DNA of 64,000 nucleotides from a virus: IMG/VR virus record IMGVR_UViG_3300033146_003395, positions 1 through 64,000 of that record; one strand, given 5' to 3'. Both the position numbers and the translations under genes were made by a program. Shown here piece by piece: positions 1-8,467 of this stretch. The notes under the pieces were generated by a model that was not told the origin of the DNA, searched no databases, and worked only from the letters and a program-made list of their open reading frames with translations. Position 1 is the stretch's first letter. Every line of letters starts with the position of its first letter.

Positions 1-192
1 TTCATTTATGTAAACAATTTTATATATGTAATCATTAGGGTTATCTTTTTGGTCTTGAATAAATAATTTATTTGTTGAAGAACTAAAATATTTATGCCCT
101 ATGTCTTCTGATGGAATACAGTTACAACTTCTTGAACCCGTATAATGATAATTTGTTTGTGTATTTGTTATACGATATGTATAGTGATACAT
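1..192 (-). CDS. GIY-YIG-like homing endonuclease, 5' part (runs off window edge)
   Basis: Not in ORF track. Manual translation from ATG at 192: MYHYTYRITNTQTNYHYTGSRSCNCIPSEDIGHKYFSSS..., open to position 1. YTY-x-YTG resembles Seg-like GIY-YIG. AGGA RBS upstream. Confidence 0.7.
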   Translation of the reverse strand, partial: MYHYTYRITNTQTNYHYTGSRSCNCIPSEDIGHKYFSSSTNKLFIQDQKDNPNDYIYKIVYINE

Positions 193-214
193 TTATTTTC
201 CTATAAATTTAATT

Positions 215-291
215 ATAAGAGGACTTCCAACGGTCAGATTATAAATGTAGATAGACCGTTGGAGAGTATCTACATTTATAATATCTCTTAT
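215..291 (-). ncRNA. structured RNA element, copy 1 (P1-closed hairpin with loop/bulge 10-bp complementarity)
   Basis: Minus strand: AUAAGAG-AUA-UUAUAAAUGUAGAUA-CUC-UCCAACGGUC-UAUCUACAUUUAUAA-UCU-GACCGUUGGA-AGUC-CUCUUAU. Late promoter TATAAATA at 296-303. Three more covarying copies in window. Confidence 0.75.
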
Positions 292-331
292 GTTTTATTT
301 ATATTTAATATTAAAGTGTTATAATTAAACT

Positions 332-1840
332 ATGATAGAATTAAAAGAAACTAAAGATTATTTATTAGTGTTTACTGATGATAAAAAGAATAATAAGATT
401 ATTGATGAGTTGCTTAGTGCTTTAAGACCTGGATTTGAGTTTGAACCCCGCTATCAGAGTGGAGCTTCGGATGGAAAAACTAGATTTTACGAAATGCAAA
501 AGTATAAAAGTGGATATTTATTCAAAATATCTAACGGATTTAAACAGAAACTGTTAAAATATATTAAATTTGATGAGGTCAAAGAGTTAGCTATTCCACC
601 TACTCCAGATAAAATGGAGTTCTTGAAAAAGATTATTCCGGAGTTACCATTTAAACCTTATAAGCATCAGCTAAAAGCTTTCTTGAACTTAACAAATAAT
701 AGACAGAACTTAAGTATCGTTGCAACAGGTGGAGGTAAATCTCTAATCGCTTATTTGACACTAAGATATTTCTATGACAATAATATTAAGACTATTCTAG
801 TTGTTCCTACTATTGGATTAACATCACAAATGTTTCAGGATTTTAAAGATTATAATGCACCTGAGCATTTTATTAATGATATTAAACTTATTGGTGGTGA
901 TAATACTTGTAAGAAATTAGACCAGCCGCTAGTTATTAGTACATGGCAATCATTACAAAATATTATAAATGATGTTGCTGTTTTTGATGCTATATTAGTT
1001 GATGAAGCTCACCAGGCTAAGGCTGAAATTCTTCAAGAGATTTTAAAACAACCTTGCGAGTACAAGCTGGGTATGACTGGAAGCATGCCAATTATTAAAG
1101 TTGATGCAATGGCCTTAGAACAAGCTTTAGGTTATCCAACTCGTGTAATTAATGCTAAGCAATTAATGGCTTTAAATTTATTAACAGATACAACAGTTGC
1201 AAGTTTATTTTTAACACACCCAAGAGTAGATACTAGAAGTGGTATGAAGTATCAACAAGAAGTCGCATTTATTAGAGAAAGTTATGCAAGACAACAATTT
1301 GTTAAGAAATTAATCGGCAAATTAAAGGGAGTTACAGTTGCATTATATAATACGACTGAACATGGTGAAGCAACATTTAAAACTTTAACAGGTATTAAAT
1401 TAACTACCAAATTAAAATCTGATTTTGAAATGATGAAAGAACAAAATGTTTTCTTTATGAGTGGTTCAACTAAACCAAAAGTCAGAGAACAAATTAGGTT
1501 ATATTTGAATACGGCTGAGGGTGGAGAAGCAACTGTGATAGGTCAGATGGCTGTATTGAGCACAGGGATTAATATTCCAAGATTAAAAAATCTAGTCTTT
1601 CTGAGCTCTACGAAGTCATATACACTAGTTCTGCAAGCTATGGGCCGTGTTATGAGACTTCATGATGAGAAAGGGTCAAATGTTTACGTTTATGATTTGG
1701 TAGATTGTTTCACTTATGTAAATGAAACTTATTCACTGAAGCATTTTTGGCAACGTCAGAGTTATTATGAATCTGAAGGCCACCCAATTGTAGAGAAAGA
1801 AATAACACTAGAAAATACACCAGAAGAATATAAAATTTAG
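332..1840 (+). CDS. uvsW: UvsW-like SF2 DNA helicase
   Basis: ATGGGKS Walker A, DEAH, TGS, QAMGRVMR motifs. T4-like context. Confidence 0.9.
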   Translation: MIELKETKDYLLVFTDDKKNNKIIDELLSALRPGFEFEPRYQSGASDGKTRFYEMQKYKSGYLFKISNGFKQKLLKYIKFDEVKELAIPPTPDKMEFLKKIIPELPFKPYKHQLKAFLNLTNNRQNLSIVATGGGKSLIAYLTLRYFYDNNIKTILVVPTIGLTSQMFQDFKDYNAPEHFINDIKLIGGDNTCKKLDQPLVISTWQSLQNIINDVAVFDAILVDEAHQAKAEILQEILKQPCEYKLGMTGSMPIIKVDAMALEQALGYPTRVINAKQLMALNLLTDTTVASLFLTHPRVDTRSGMKYQQEVAFIRESYARQQFVKKLIGKLKGVTVALYNTTEHGEATFKTLTGIKLTTKLKSDFEMMKEQNVFFMSGSTKPKVREQIRLYLNTAEGGEATVIGQMAVLSTGINIPRLKNLVFLSSTKSYTLVLQAMGRVMRLHDEKGSNVYVYDLVDCFTYVNETYSLKHFWQRQSYYESEGHPIVEKEITLENTPEEYKI

Positions 1841-1906
1841 TCTATTTAAGATTAAACTTATATTAACTGTGTATAATAAAAGATACAAGAGACACAAAGG
1901 AAAAAG

Positions 1907-2599
1907 ATGTTAAACGAAAATAGTATACAAATACTACAATCAATTGTTAATATTACGAATTCAGCAATATTATCATATCCCATTACAACTATTCAAAATC
2001 AAAACAGAAATGTCATAGCAAATATTGATTTTTCCAAGATTGATGATGAGTTTGAAGAATATGGTATATTTGATTTATCAAGTTTTTTAGGAGCTTTGAG
2101 TGTTCTTGAAGCACCTGTAATTACATTACAAAATAAAGTAATTGAAGCAAAAGATTCAGATAGTCAAATTAAATTTGTTACAAGTTCTCCAAGTTCATTG
2201 GAAGATTTCACAACAAACCCTGCAAAAATCACAAGCACTTGTGCAGCACAATCTGTAGTTGAAGTACAAATTGACACTGATTTAATAAATAGAATTAGAA
2301 AAGGTGCATCGGTATTTAAAACACTAAAAGATTTATTTATTATTAAAGAAGGCGATAAGATTATTCTTAAAACCGGAAATAAAGAATCATTTGCACGTCA
2401 AGATAATTCATACACAATTAATTTAGAACCATCATTATGCAATGGTGATGATTTCAATATAGCAATTCCAATTGATAATTTTTTATCACTTCCTGCAATG
2501 GATTTTAATCTAGCAATTAAACAAGGACCAGATGGTTCTTTCAGAGTTGTTATGGAAAATCAAATATTCCAATTTGTACTGAGCGTAATAGCAAATTAA
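1907..2599 (+). CDS. DNA polymerase sliding clamp (gp45-like)
   Basis: 230 aa. EEYGIFDLSSFLGALS matches the gp45 F/YGIYDL-x-x-FL pattern. Replication context. Confidence 0.8.
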   Translation: MLNENSIQILQSIVNITNSAILSYPITTIQNQNRNVIANIDFSKIDDEFEEYGIFDLSSFLGALSVLEAPVITLQNKVIEAKDSDSQIKFVTSSPSSLEDFTTNPAKITSTCAAQSVVEVQIDTDLINRIRKGASVFKTLKDLFIIKEGDKIILKTGNKESFARQDNSYTINLEPSLCNGDDFNIAIPIDNFLSLPAMDFNLAIKQGPDGSFRVVMENQIFQFVLSVIAN

Positions 2600-2616
2600 A
2601 CTTTTATAAATAGTTT

Positions 2617-3514
2617 ATGAAGAGTAAAAAATTTATAAGCAAAATCAATATTAGTGCATGGAGACAAATATGATTATTCTCAGATTAATTATATAAACTC
2701 TAGCACTAAAGTTAAAATAATCTGTAAAGAACATGGAAATTTTACAAAATTTCCAAATAACCATTTGGCCGGTTCAGGATGTAAAAAATGTACTATACAT
2801 AAAAAATTTACTAATGATGAAATTATTAGTAAATTTGTTACAATACATGGTGATAAATATAATTATTCATTGGTCAAATATGTCGATGCTCATATAAAAG
2901 TTAAAATAATCTGTAAAGAGCATGGAGTATTTGAACAATTGGTTCACAATCATTTAAGAAATGAAACTCCCTGTTATAAATGCGCTGTTAATAACAGAAA
3001 AATTAATTTATCTATGAATAAGAGCGATGTTATAAAAAGATTTATGGAAGTTCATAACGATTTATATGATTATTCATTGGTGGATTATAGAAATATGAGA
3101 ACCGACGTTAAAATAATCTGTAAAGAGCATGGAGTATTTGAGCAGACGCCAGCTAATCATTCACAAGGAAGAGGTTGCAGATATTGTAAACAAATATATA
3201 GATATAATGATAGAGAGACTTTCTTATATTATATTAAAGTTGAAGAACAATATAAAATAGGTATATGTTTACGTGGGAATTATAAGTCTGTGGAAGCAGC
3301 TATTAATAATAGATATTATTCTGAACTAAAAAATGGTATAATAATAGAAATACTGGAATATGATTTATTTATTAATGGAAAAGAAGCGTACATATTAGAG
3401 CAACATATAGTTAAGTATAATAGAAAGCTTCAAATATTAAAAGAAAATATGATATTGAAGACTGGTTATACTGAAACATTTACAAAAGATATTAGAAATT
3501 TAGACGATATTTAA
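2617..3514 (+). pseudogene. homing endonuclease with KIICKEHG zinc-ribbon repeats and C-terminal GIY-YIG-like domain; apparent +1 frameshift near start
   Basis: Three HxDxYxYS...KIICKEHG-F-x...CxxC repeats, then LYYIKV..YKIG. ATG 2617 (4 nt after TATAAATA) gives MKSKKFISK, which joins SILVHGDKY only if one A is removed at about 2641-2644. The track ORF starts at GTG 2654. Confidence 0.65.
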
Positions 3515-3547
3515 TATTCGTTTAAGTTTCCTGCGCTATAATATGAT

Positions 3548-3666
3548 ATTGGCGACGAGAGTGTAAGGCCAATTATTAAATCTACTAGTCCTTAAGTATA
3601 AGGACTCAAAACTTAGGTCGCTATTTAGCACAACCATTAGGTTGCATGACCACTCGGGTACGAGTA
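3548..3666 (+). promoter_or_regulatory. structured 5' leader of gene 32
   Basis: GC-rich hairpins between the TATAAT promoter and the RBS: TTGGC..GCCAA, GTCCTTA-AGTA-TAAGGAC, GGTC..CAACC-ATTA-GGTTG..GACC, ACTCG-GGTA-CGAGT. Confidence 0.55.
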
Positions 3667-3686
3667 AACTAAAAAAGGATACATTT

Positions 3687-4625
3687 ATGAATTTTGACTG
3701 GAACTCAATGGCAGGAAATCTGCAAGATAACGCATACGGAGATAAAAAAACTTACGACAATGAGGTTGATACTCGTTTTTGGAAACTAGCACGTGATGAA
3801 AAAGGTGACGGTGGAGCAATAATCCGTTTTTTACCAGACCCAAGTTTAACTCCATTTATTTCTTTAACTAAGATTAATGCACAAAATGCTAAAAAAGGTT
3901 ACTTCGTTTCTGAATGGTCACCATCTTCAATTGGTCTTAAATGTCCATTTAATGAGAAATTCTCAGAACTATGGAATGCTGGTCAAAAAGATAGAGCTAA
4001 AACTCTAGGTCGTTCAAACCGTTTTATTACTAACATTAAAGTAATTAAAGACCCAGCTAACCCTCAAAATGAAGGTAAAGTTTTCCTTTATGATATGTCA
4101 AAAACAATGATTGATATGCTTAAAGAAGTTATGGTGCAAACTGAACAAATGAAAGCACTTGATGAAGACCCAGTAGCAGTTTACGACCCAGTAAATGGTG
4201 CAAACTTCCTTATCAAGGTTAAAGATGGCGAAAATAACATTCCAACTTATGCAAGCTCAAAATTTGCTGATAAAATTACTGGTATTTATCCAGATGGCGA
4301 TACTGCAATGGCAGATATTAAAGCAAATGCTTATGAGCTTAAAGAGTTCTTTGAACCAGCTAACTTCAAAACTTATGAAGAGTTAGTAGATATGAGAGAC
4401 CGTTTCCTTAAAGAAGGTAAATATGCTCCAGGTGCTGAAGGTCAATCTGCTCCAGATAAAGCTGAACAAACTGCAGTTGAACAAGTTGCAAAAGATGCTG
4501 TAATTGCTACAGGTCTTGAAAATGTAACAGCAACTCCAGAAGCTACTCCAGCAACTGAAACTCCAGCTCCAGCTGCAGATACTACAGATGATGAGCTTGA
4601 CGCTCTTCTAGGAGATATAGGTTAA
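3687..4625 (+). CDS. single-stranded DNA-binding protein gp32
   Basis: DTRFWKL..G.AIIRFLP, NIKVIKDPANPQNEGKVFLY, acidic tail DDELDALL. Start moved to ATG 3687 behind AAGGA. Confidence 0.93.
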   Translation: MNFDWNSMAGNLQDNAYGDKKTYDNEVDTRFWKLARDEKGDGGAIIRFLPDPSLTPFISLTKINAQNAKKGYFVSEWSPSSIGLKCPFNEKFSELWNAGQKDRAKTLGRSNRFITNIKVIKDPANPQNEGKVFLYDMSKTMIDMLKEVMVQTEQMKALDEDPVAVYDPVNGANFLIKVKDGENNIPTYASSKFADKITGIYPDGDTAMADIKANAYELKEFFEPANFKTYEELVDMRDRFLKEGKYAPGAEGQSAPDKAEQTAVEQVAKDAVIATGLENVTATPEATPATETPAPAADTTDDELDALLGDIG

Positions 4626-4628
4626 GTC

Positions 4629-5404
4629 ATGAAAAATCACTTACTTGAGAATTTAAGAACTCTCAAGGTAAATGATGAAAAAATATTAGAAGAATATGTG
4701 AATTATTGCTTAAATAATTCTAATCCTTCTAATATTGGAACTCATAAACATCACATATTACCAAGTCGCATTTTTGTAACTACAAAAATATAGATAAATA
4801 TACTTGGAATTGTTCTCATCTTACACCTTCTCAACATTTAGTGGCTCATTATATATTATTTAATGCAATAAATGAACTACAAGGTGGTTTTACACGGTTA
4901 TATAGTAAATTTGGGTATTTAATAATTGAAAACGTGTTGGAAGATGATTTTAATACAGCAGTAAAAAATGCTTATAAAATTGGCACGATGAAAATGTTAG
5001 AAACTAAGAAAAATGATATTGATGAGAACGGTAAGAATTGTTTTGAACGAGCAACGGCTAAAAGATTGACAACAATGAAAAATACTGTCCAGGAAAATGG
5101 ACTAACTATTTTTGATAATATGAAAAATAAGATTGCAAATACACTTAAAGGGAAAACAAAAGGTATTAAGTTTAGTAATACCCATAAATTAAGTTTAAGT
5201 TTATCCGCAAAAAATAGGGATAAAATAAAGTGTGATTATTGTGATAAAGTTTCAGACCCTGGAAATATTACACAACATCACAATGATTATTGTAAATTTA
5301 ATCCCAATAGAAAATTCAAATATATTTGTAAATATTGTAAATATAAAAGTAATAATATTGGGAGTTTTTCTGTATATCATAATGAAAATTGCAAAAGGAA
5401 ATAA
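4629..5404 (+). pseudogene. HNH homing endonuclease (Mob-like), frameshifted
   Basis: ATG 4629 frame reads ..THKHHILPSRIF and stops at 4791. A -1 shift in the T-run at 4771-4775 continues NCSHLTPSQHLVAHYIL into track ORF 4841-5404, which has C-terminal CxxC/H..C motifs. Confidence 0.7.
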
Positions 5405-6460
5405 ATGAAGACATTAATAGTTGATTTTAGCCCAATAGTATATAGATTCGCATTTTCTTCAACAACTTACGCTTCAGCCAAATTAAAGCTTAAAAAAAAT
5501 GAAATTGGTGTATATAATTTTAATGAATATAAAGATATTTTTATATTCAAATTGTTAGATTATATTTCACAATTTAAGACAAGATTTAATGTTGATGAAG
5601 TAGTGCTGGCTTTAGATAGTTCTCCATATTGGAGAAAAGCATTTTGGTCAGGCTATAAACATGGTCGATTAAAAAATGATAAATCTGGTATAGATTGGTT
5701 AGAATTAAAAAAGTGTGCTAAAGAAATAACTAATTTGTTAAAAGAAAATTCAACTTACAAGGTTATTGATTTACTTGGTGCTGAAGGGGATGATACGGGT
5801 TTTGTATTATCTAAAGAACTTTCCGCACGAGGGCATCAAGTTATAGTTAAGTCATTAGACCATGACTGGTACTATAACCTTGAATACAATAATGTTAAAT
5901 ATTGGCAGACTAAACATAATCACAAAACAAAGCAATGTGGTTTTGTTGAATTCCATCAAGATGAATTAGATGTGCTCAAATGGGAACATTGCTTTTTCGG
6001 AGATAAAGGTGATTATTTGTTAGGAGTAAATGCTTATACACAATTTAGCCCAGAATTTAAATCTCTATATCCAAAAATGACTGAGTTAAAAGCATGGCCA
6101 AAACGTCATGAAATAGACCAAGCATTTATAGCGAAGCATAAAGTACAGTACCCAGAATTATTTGAGAAAAATAAACTAAGTGCCTACAAACAGCCTCCAT
6201 TTGGAGCTAAGTCGTATAATAAGAAAAAGTTGAAAGAAGGTTTTACCGATCAAGAATTCCTTGACCTTAATCCAATTCATCAACTGAATTATGACTTAAA
6301 TACAATGTTAGCATTACCCGCTGGAATTCCAGATGATGTTAGACAATTAATTATTACTGAATATGATAATACAGGAAAAGTTCTAGACACTGGAGCATTA
6401 ACAAAGTATTTCATGGACAATAATATTTTTGACCTTATAGGGAAGCTAGGAATGTTTTAA
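5405..6460 (+). CDS. rnh: RNase H / 5'-3' exonuclease (T4 rnh-like)
   Basis: LIVDFS, WRK..YK..R, EGDD, S.D.D, GDKGD FEN-family motifs. Confidence 0.88.
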   Translation: MKTLIVDFSPIVYRFAFSSTTYASAKLKLKKNEIGVYNFNEYKDIFIFKLLDYISQFKTRFNVDEVVLALDSSPYWRKAFWSGYKHGRLKNDKSGIDWLELKKCAKEITNLLKENSTYKVIDLLGAEGDDTGFVLSKELSARGHQVIVKSLDHDWYYNLEYNNVKYWQTKHNHKTKQCGFVEFHQDELDVLKWEHCFFGDKGDYLLGVNAYTQFSPEFKSLYPKMTELKAWPKRHEIDQAFIAKHKVQYPELFEKNKLSAYKQPPFGAKSYNKKKLKEGFTDQEFLDLNPIHQLNYDLNTMLALPAGIPDDVRQLIITEYDNTGKVLDTGALTKYFMDNNIFDLIGKLGMF

Positions 6461-6510
6461 CATTCTCTTCTCTACCCTAAATTCCCCAATTCTTTTCAAA
6501 TCTACCCAAA

Positions 6511-6563
6511 CTTAAGCTAGAACTAATGTTAAACATGGTATAATATAGTATATAAAGAAGGAT
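6511..6563 (+). promoter_or_regulatory. early (host sigma70-type) promoter repeat
   Basis: TTAAGCTAGAACTAATGTTAAACATGGTATAATATAGTATATAAAGAAGGAT, near-identical to many other copies. Confidence 0.8.
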
Positions 6564-6568
6564 ATTAA

Positions 6569-6775
6569 ATGACTGAGACATCGACAAAGATAGTAAAATG
6601 TTTTACAACAGCAAAGCAGATTACAAATTTTATTGCAAAATATGTTCCTGGAAGTGATAGAGGAATTGATTTAGCTGAAGAGATTTATACAATTGCATTA
6701 ACTGATTGTAACTTATCTGAAGAAGAAGCAGAAAAGATTGTTGTATTAAATATGAAACTTGTAGGAAGATGCTAA
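6569..6775 (+). CDS. hypothetical early protein
   Basis: ORF with AAGGA RBS after early promoter. Confidence 0.7.
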   Translation: MTETSTKIVKCFTTAKQITNFIAKYVPGSDRGIDLAEEIYTIALTDCNLSEEEAEKIVVLNMKLVGRC

Positions 6776-6787
6776 ATTCAGACGGAA

Positions 6788-6832
6788 TTTAAGCTAGAAC
6801 TAATGTTAAGTATGGTATAATATAATATATAA
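6788..6832 (+). promoter_or_regulatory. early promoter repeat
   Basis: TTTAAGCTAGAACTAATGTTAAGTATGGTATAATATAATATATAA. Confidence 0.8.
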
Positions 6833-6876
6833 AGAGTGAGAGTGTTTGAATCTCACCTTGAAAAGAAGGATATAAA

Positions 6877-7602
6877 ATGGCAAAGACAAAATTCGCAACA
6901 TTCAATACAATTGAAGAGTTAAAAGCATTCGAGACAGTAACTGGAAACGTATCAAAGAAATATGTTCCTATCTATACAAGCGAAATCATAGAGATTTTAG
7001 CACCTGAGTTTCATTTCGTAAGTGGTGAAAAATACTACAACTTTAATTCTGCTCATACAGTTTTCTTAGAGTCTGAAAATGGAATTAAGATTGCTATCTC
7101 AAATTCATTTGATAGAACAAGAGCATTCTCTGCATTTTTAATTGCTGATGAAGTTCGTATTCCATTGAACCTAGATAGACAAATTCACTTAGGTCAAGAA
7201 GCTGCAGCATTAACAGAAAATTTTAAAGCGAATAAACCTGAATTTTTTGTAGCAATTGAACATGCAACTGCAATTGTTCGTAAACTTAAAACTACAAATA
7301 TTCCTCAATACGTTAAAGATGAAGTACAAGAGATTGTATTTGCTGCTACTAAAAAACGTAAAGGTTTCTTAGAACTTGACCTTAACATTGCTGATAATTA
7401 TGACAACTGTTATACTTATATCAATACTTGTATTTCTCGCTATGTAAAAGGTGAATACAATGTTGTAATTGAATCAAAATCTCATAAAGATGGCGAGGTT
7501 ATTCGTAAAGGTGTTAAACTTGGTTCACGTTTCGTTAAACTACAAGTTACAAATGAAGTTTATACTTATCTATCTGCAGAAATGCCAGAACTATTTATTT
7601 AA
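6877..7602 (+). CDS. DUF932/DUF945-like protein, C-terminal PELFI tag
   Basis: SKKYVPIYTSEII and ISNSFDRTRAF resemble the DUF932 S.rY / NShDg motifs. Confidence 0.55.
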   Translation: MAKTKFATFNTIEELKAFETVTGNVSKKYVPIYTSEIIEILAPEFHFVSGEKYYNFNSAHTVFLESENGIKIAISNSFDRTRAFSAFLIADEVRIPLNLDRQIHLGQEAAALTENFKANKPEFFVAIEHATAIVRKLKTTNIPQYVKDEVQEIVFAATKKRKGFLELDLNIADNYDNCYTYINTCISRYVKGEYNVVIESKSHKDGEVIRKGVKLGSRFVKLQVTNEVYTYLSAEMPELFI

Positions 7603-7611
7603 GGAAATATT

Positions 7612-7800
7612 ATGAAAAGAGTAACAGATAATATGAGTTTTGAAAAAATTTATACAGATGGTGATGAGATGTTTATGATTAAATCTTTTACAGCAAATGA
7701 AAAGTTCTTAAATGGAACAACGACTTTAGAAAATATAATTACTAAATCAACTATTGAAACTGAAACAGAATTCTTTTTCAAAAAATTTAAGGAAATATAA
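7612..7800 (+). CDS. hypothetical protein
   Basis: AAGGA RBS, operonic. Confidence 0.6.
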   Translation: MKRVTDNMSFEKIYTDGDEMFMIKSFTANEKFLNGTTTLENIITKSTIETETEFFFKKFKEI

Positions 7801-8051
7801 TGGCTAAGAAACAAAGAAAATGGAATCATAAAGCTCAAGATGCTACACAAGAAGAAGGTCAAGAATCTGATACAATGTCGTTTGAAGAAATTGCTGAACG
7901 ATTAGATATGTCCGTACTTGAAGTTAAAAGAGTTTTTAGTACAGCCATGAGAAAATTAAAAGTGCCTAACCCGCAAAATAAAATATTCTGGGAATATGCA
8001 AATATTTCAGATAATGATACACTCTCAGATATGAGCGGCCGAACACTGTAA
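7800..8051 (+). CDS. sigma70 region-4-like helix-turn-helix protein
   Basis: MSFEEIAERLDMSVLEVKRVFSTAMRKLK. Confidence 0.65.
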   Translation: MAKKQRKWNHKAQDATQEEGQESDTMSFEEIAERLDMSVLEVKRVFSTAMRKLKVPNPQNKIFWEYANISDNDTLSDMSGRTL

Positions 8052-8060
8052 GGAGACCGA

Positions 8061-8465
8061 ATGTTAGAAGGATTTTTTAGTGTACCAACACTAGCAGAAG
8101 CAGAAGCTATCCGTGCTACTGGAACAGTTTTACATGCTAATGGAATAATTTTATGGGCAACTATAAAACTATTTATATTAATTTATTTATTCATTGGTAT
8201 TTTATTTTTTATTGGATATGTTATATATTATTTTAGAGATGCTTGGAAAGTGTCTTACGGTTCTAAAACTTCTTCAAATAAAAAAGAAGATTTTGAAAGA
8301 GCATTAGTTAATAATTTTAATGATTTTTGGCTAGGCTTTTTTATGCACATATTATTATGGCCAATGGCATTATGGTTTTGGGCTGGTGAAATAAAACTTT
8401 CTGGAGTATTTGGATATATAGCAGATAGATACGATAGAAGCAAAAACCCAGAACGATATATCTAA
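8061..8465 (+). CDS. membrane protein, C-terminal PERYI tag
   Basis: Two hydrophobic segments. GGAG RBS. Confidence 0.65.
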   Translation: MLEGFFSVPTLAEAEAIRATGTVLHANGIILWATIKLFILIYLFIGILFFIGYVIYYFRDAWKVSYGSKTSSNKKEDFERALVNNFNDFWLGFFMHILLWPMALWFWAGEIKLSGVFGYIADRYDRSKNPERYI

Positions 8466-8467
8466 TA

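Noticed and set aside
215-291. RNA element as hammerhead, HDV-like ribozyme, tRNA or simple terminator
   Set aside because: No CUGANGA/GAAA core, no cloverleaf, no HDV nested topology and no U-tract after the stem. Catalysis by an unknown fold is not excluded.
1810-1840. UvsW C-terminus (TPEEYKI) as a PEYFV tag
   Set aside because: Spacing and residues deviate from the consensus; probably chance.
4195-4386. Alternate-frame and antisense ORFs in the track (e.g. 4195, 9235, 14261, 18688, 21766, 46972, 54802, 59893)
   Set aside because: Shadows of well-supported genes, with no RBS and atypical composition.
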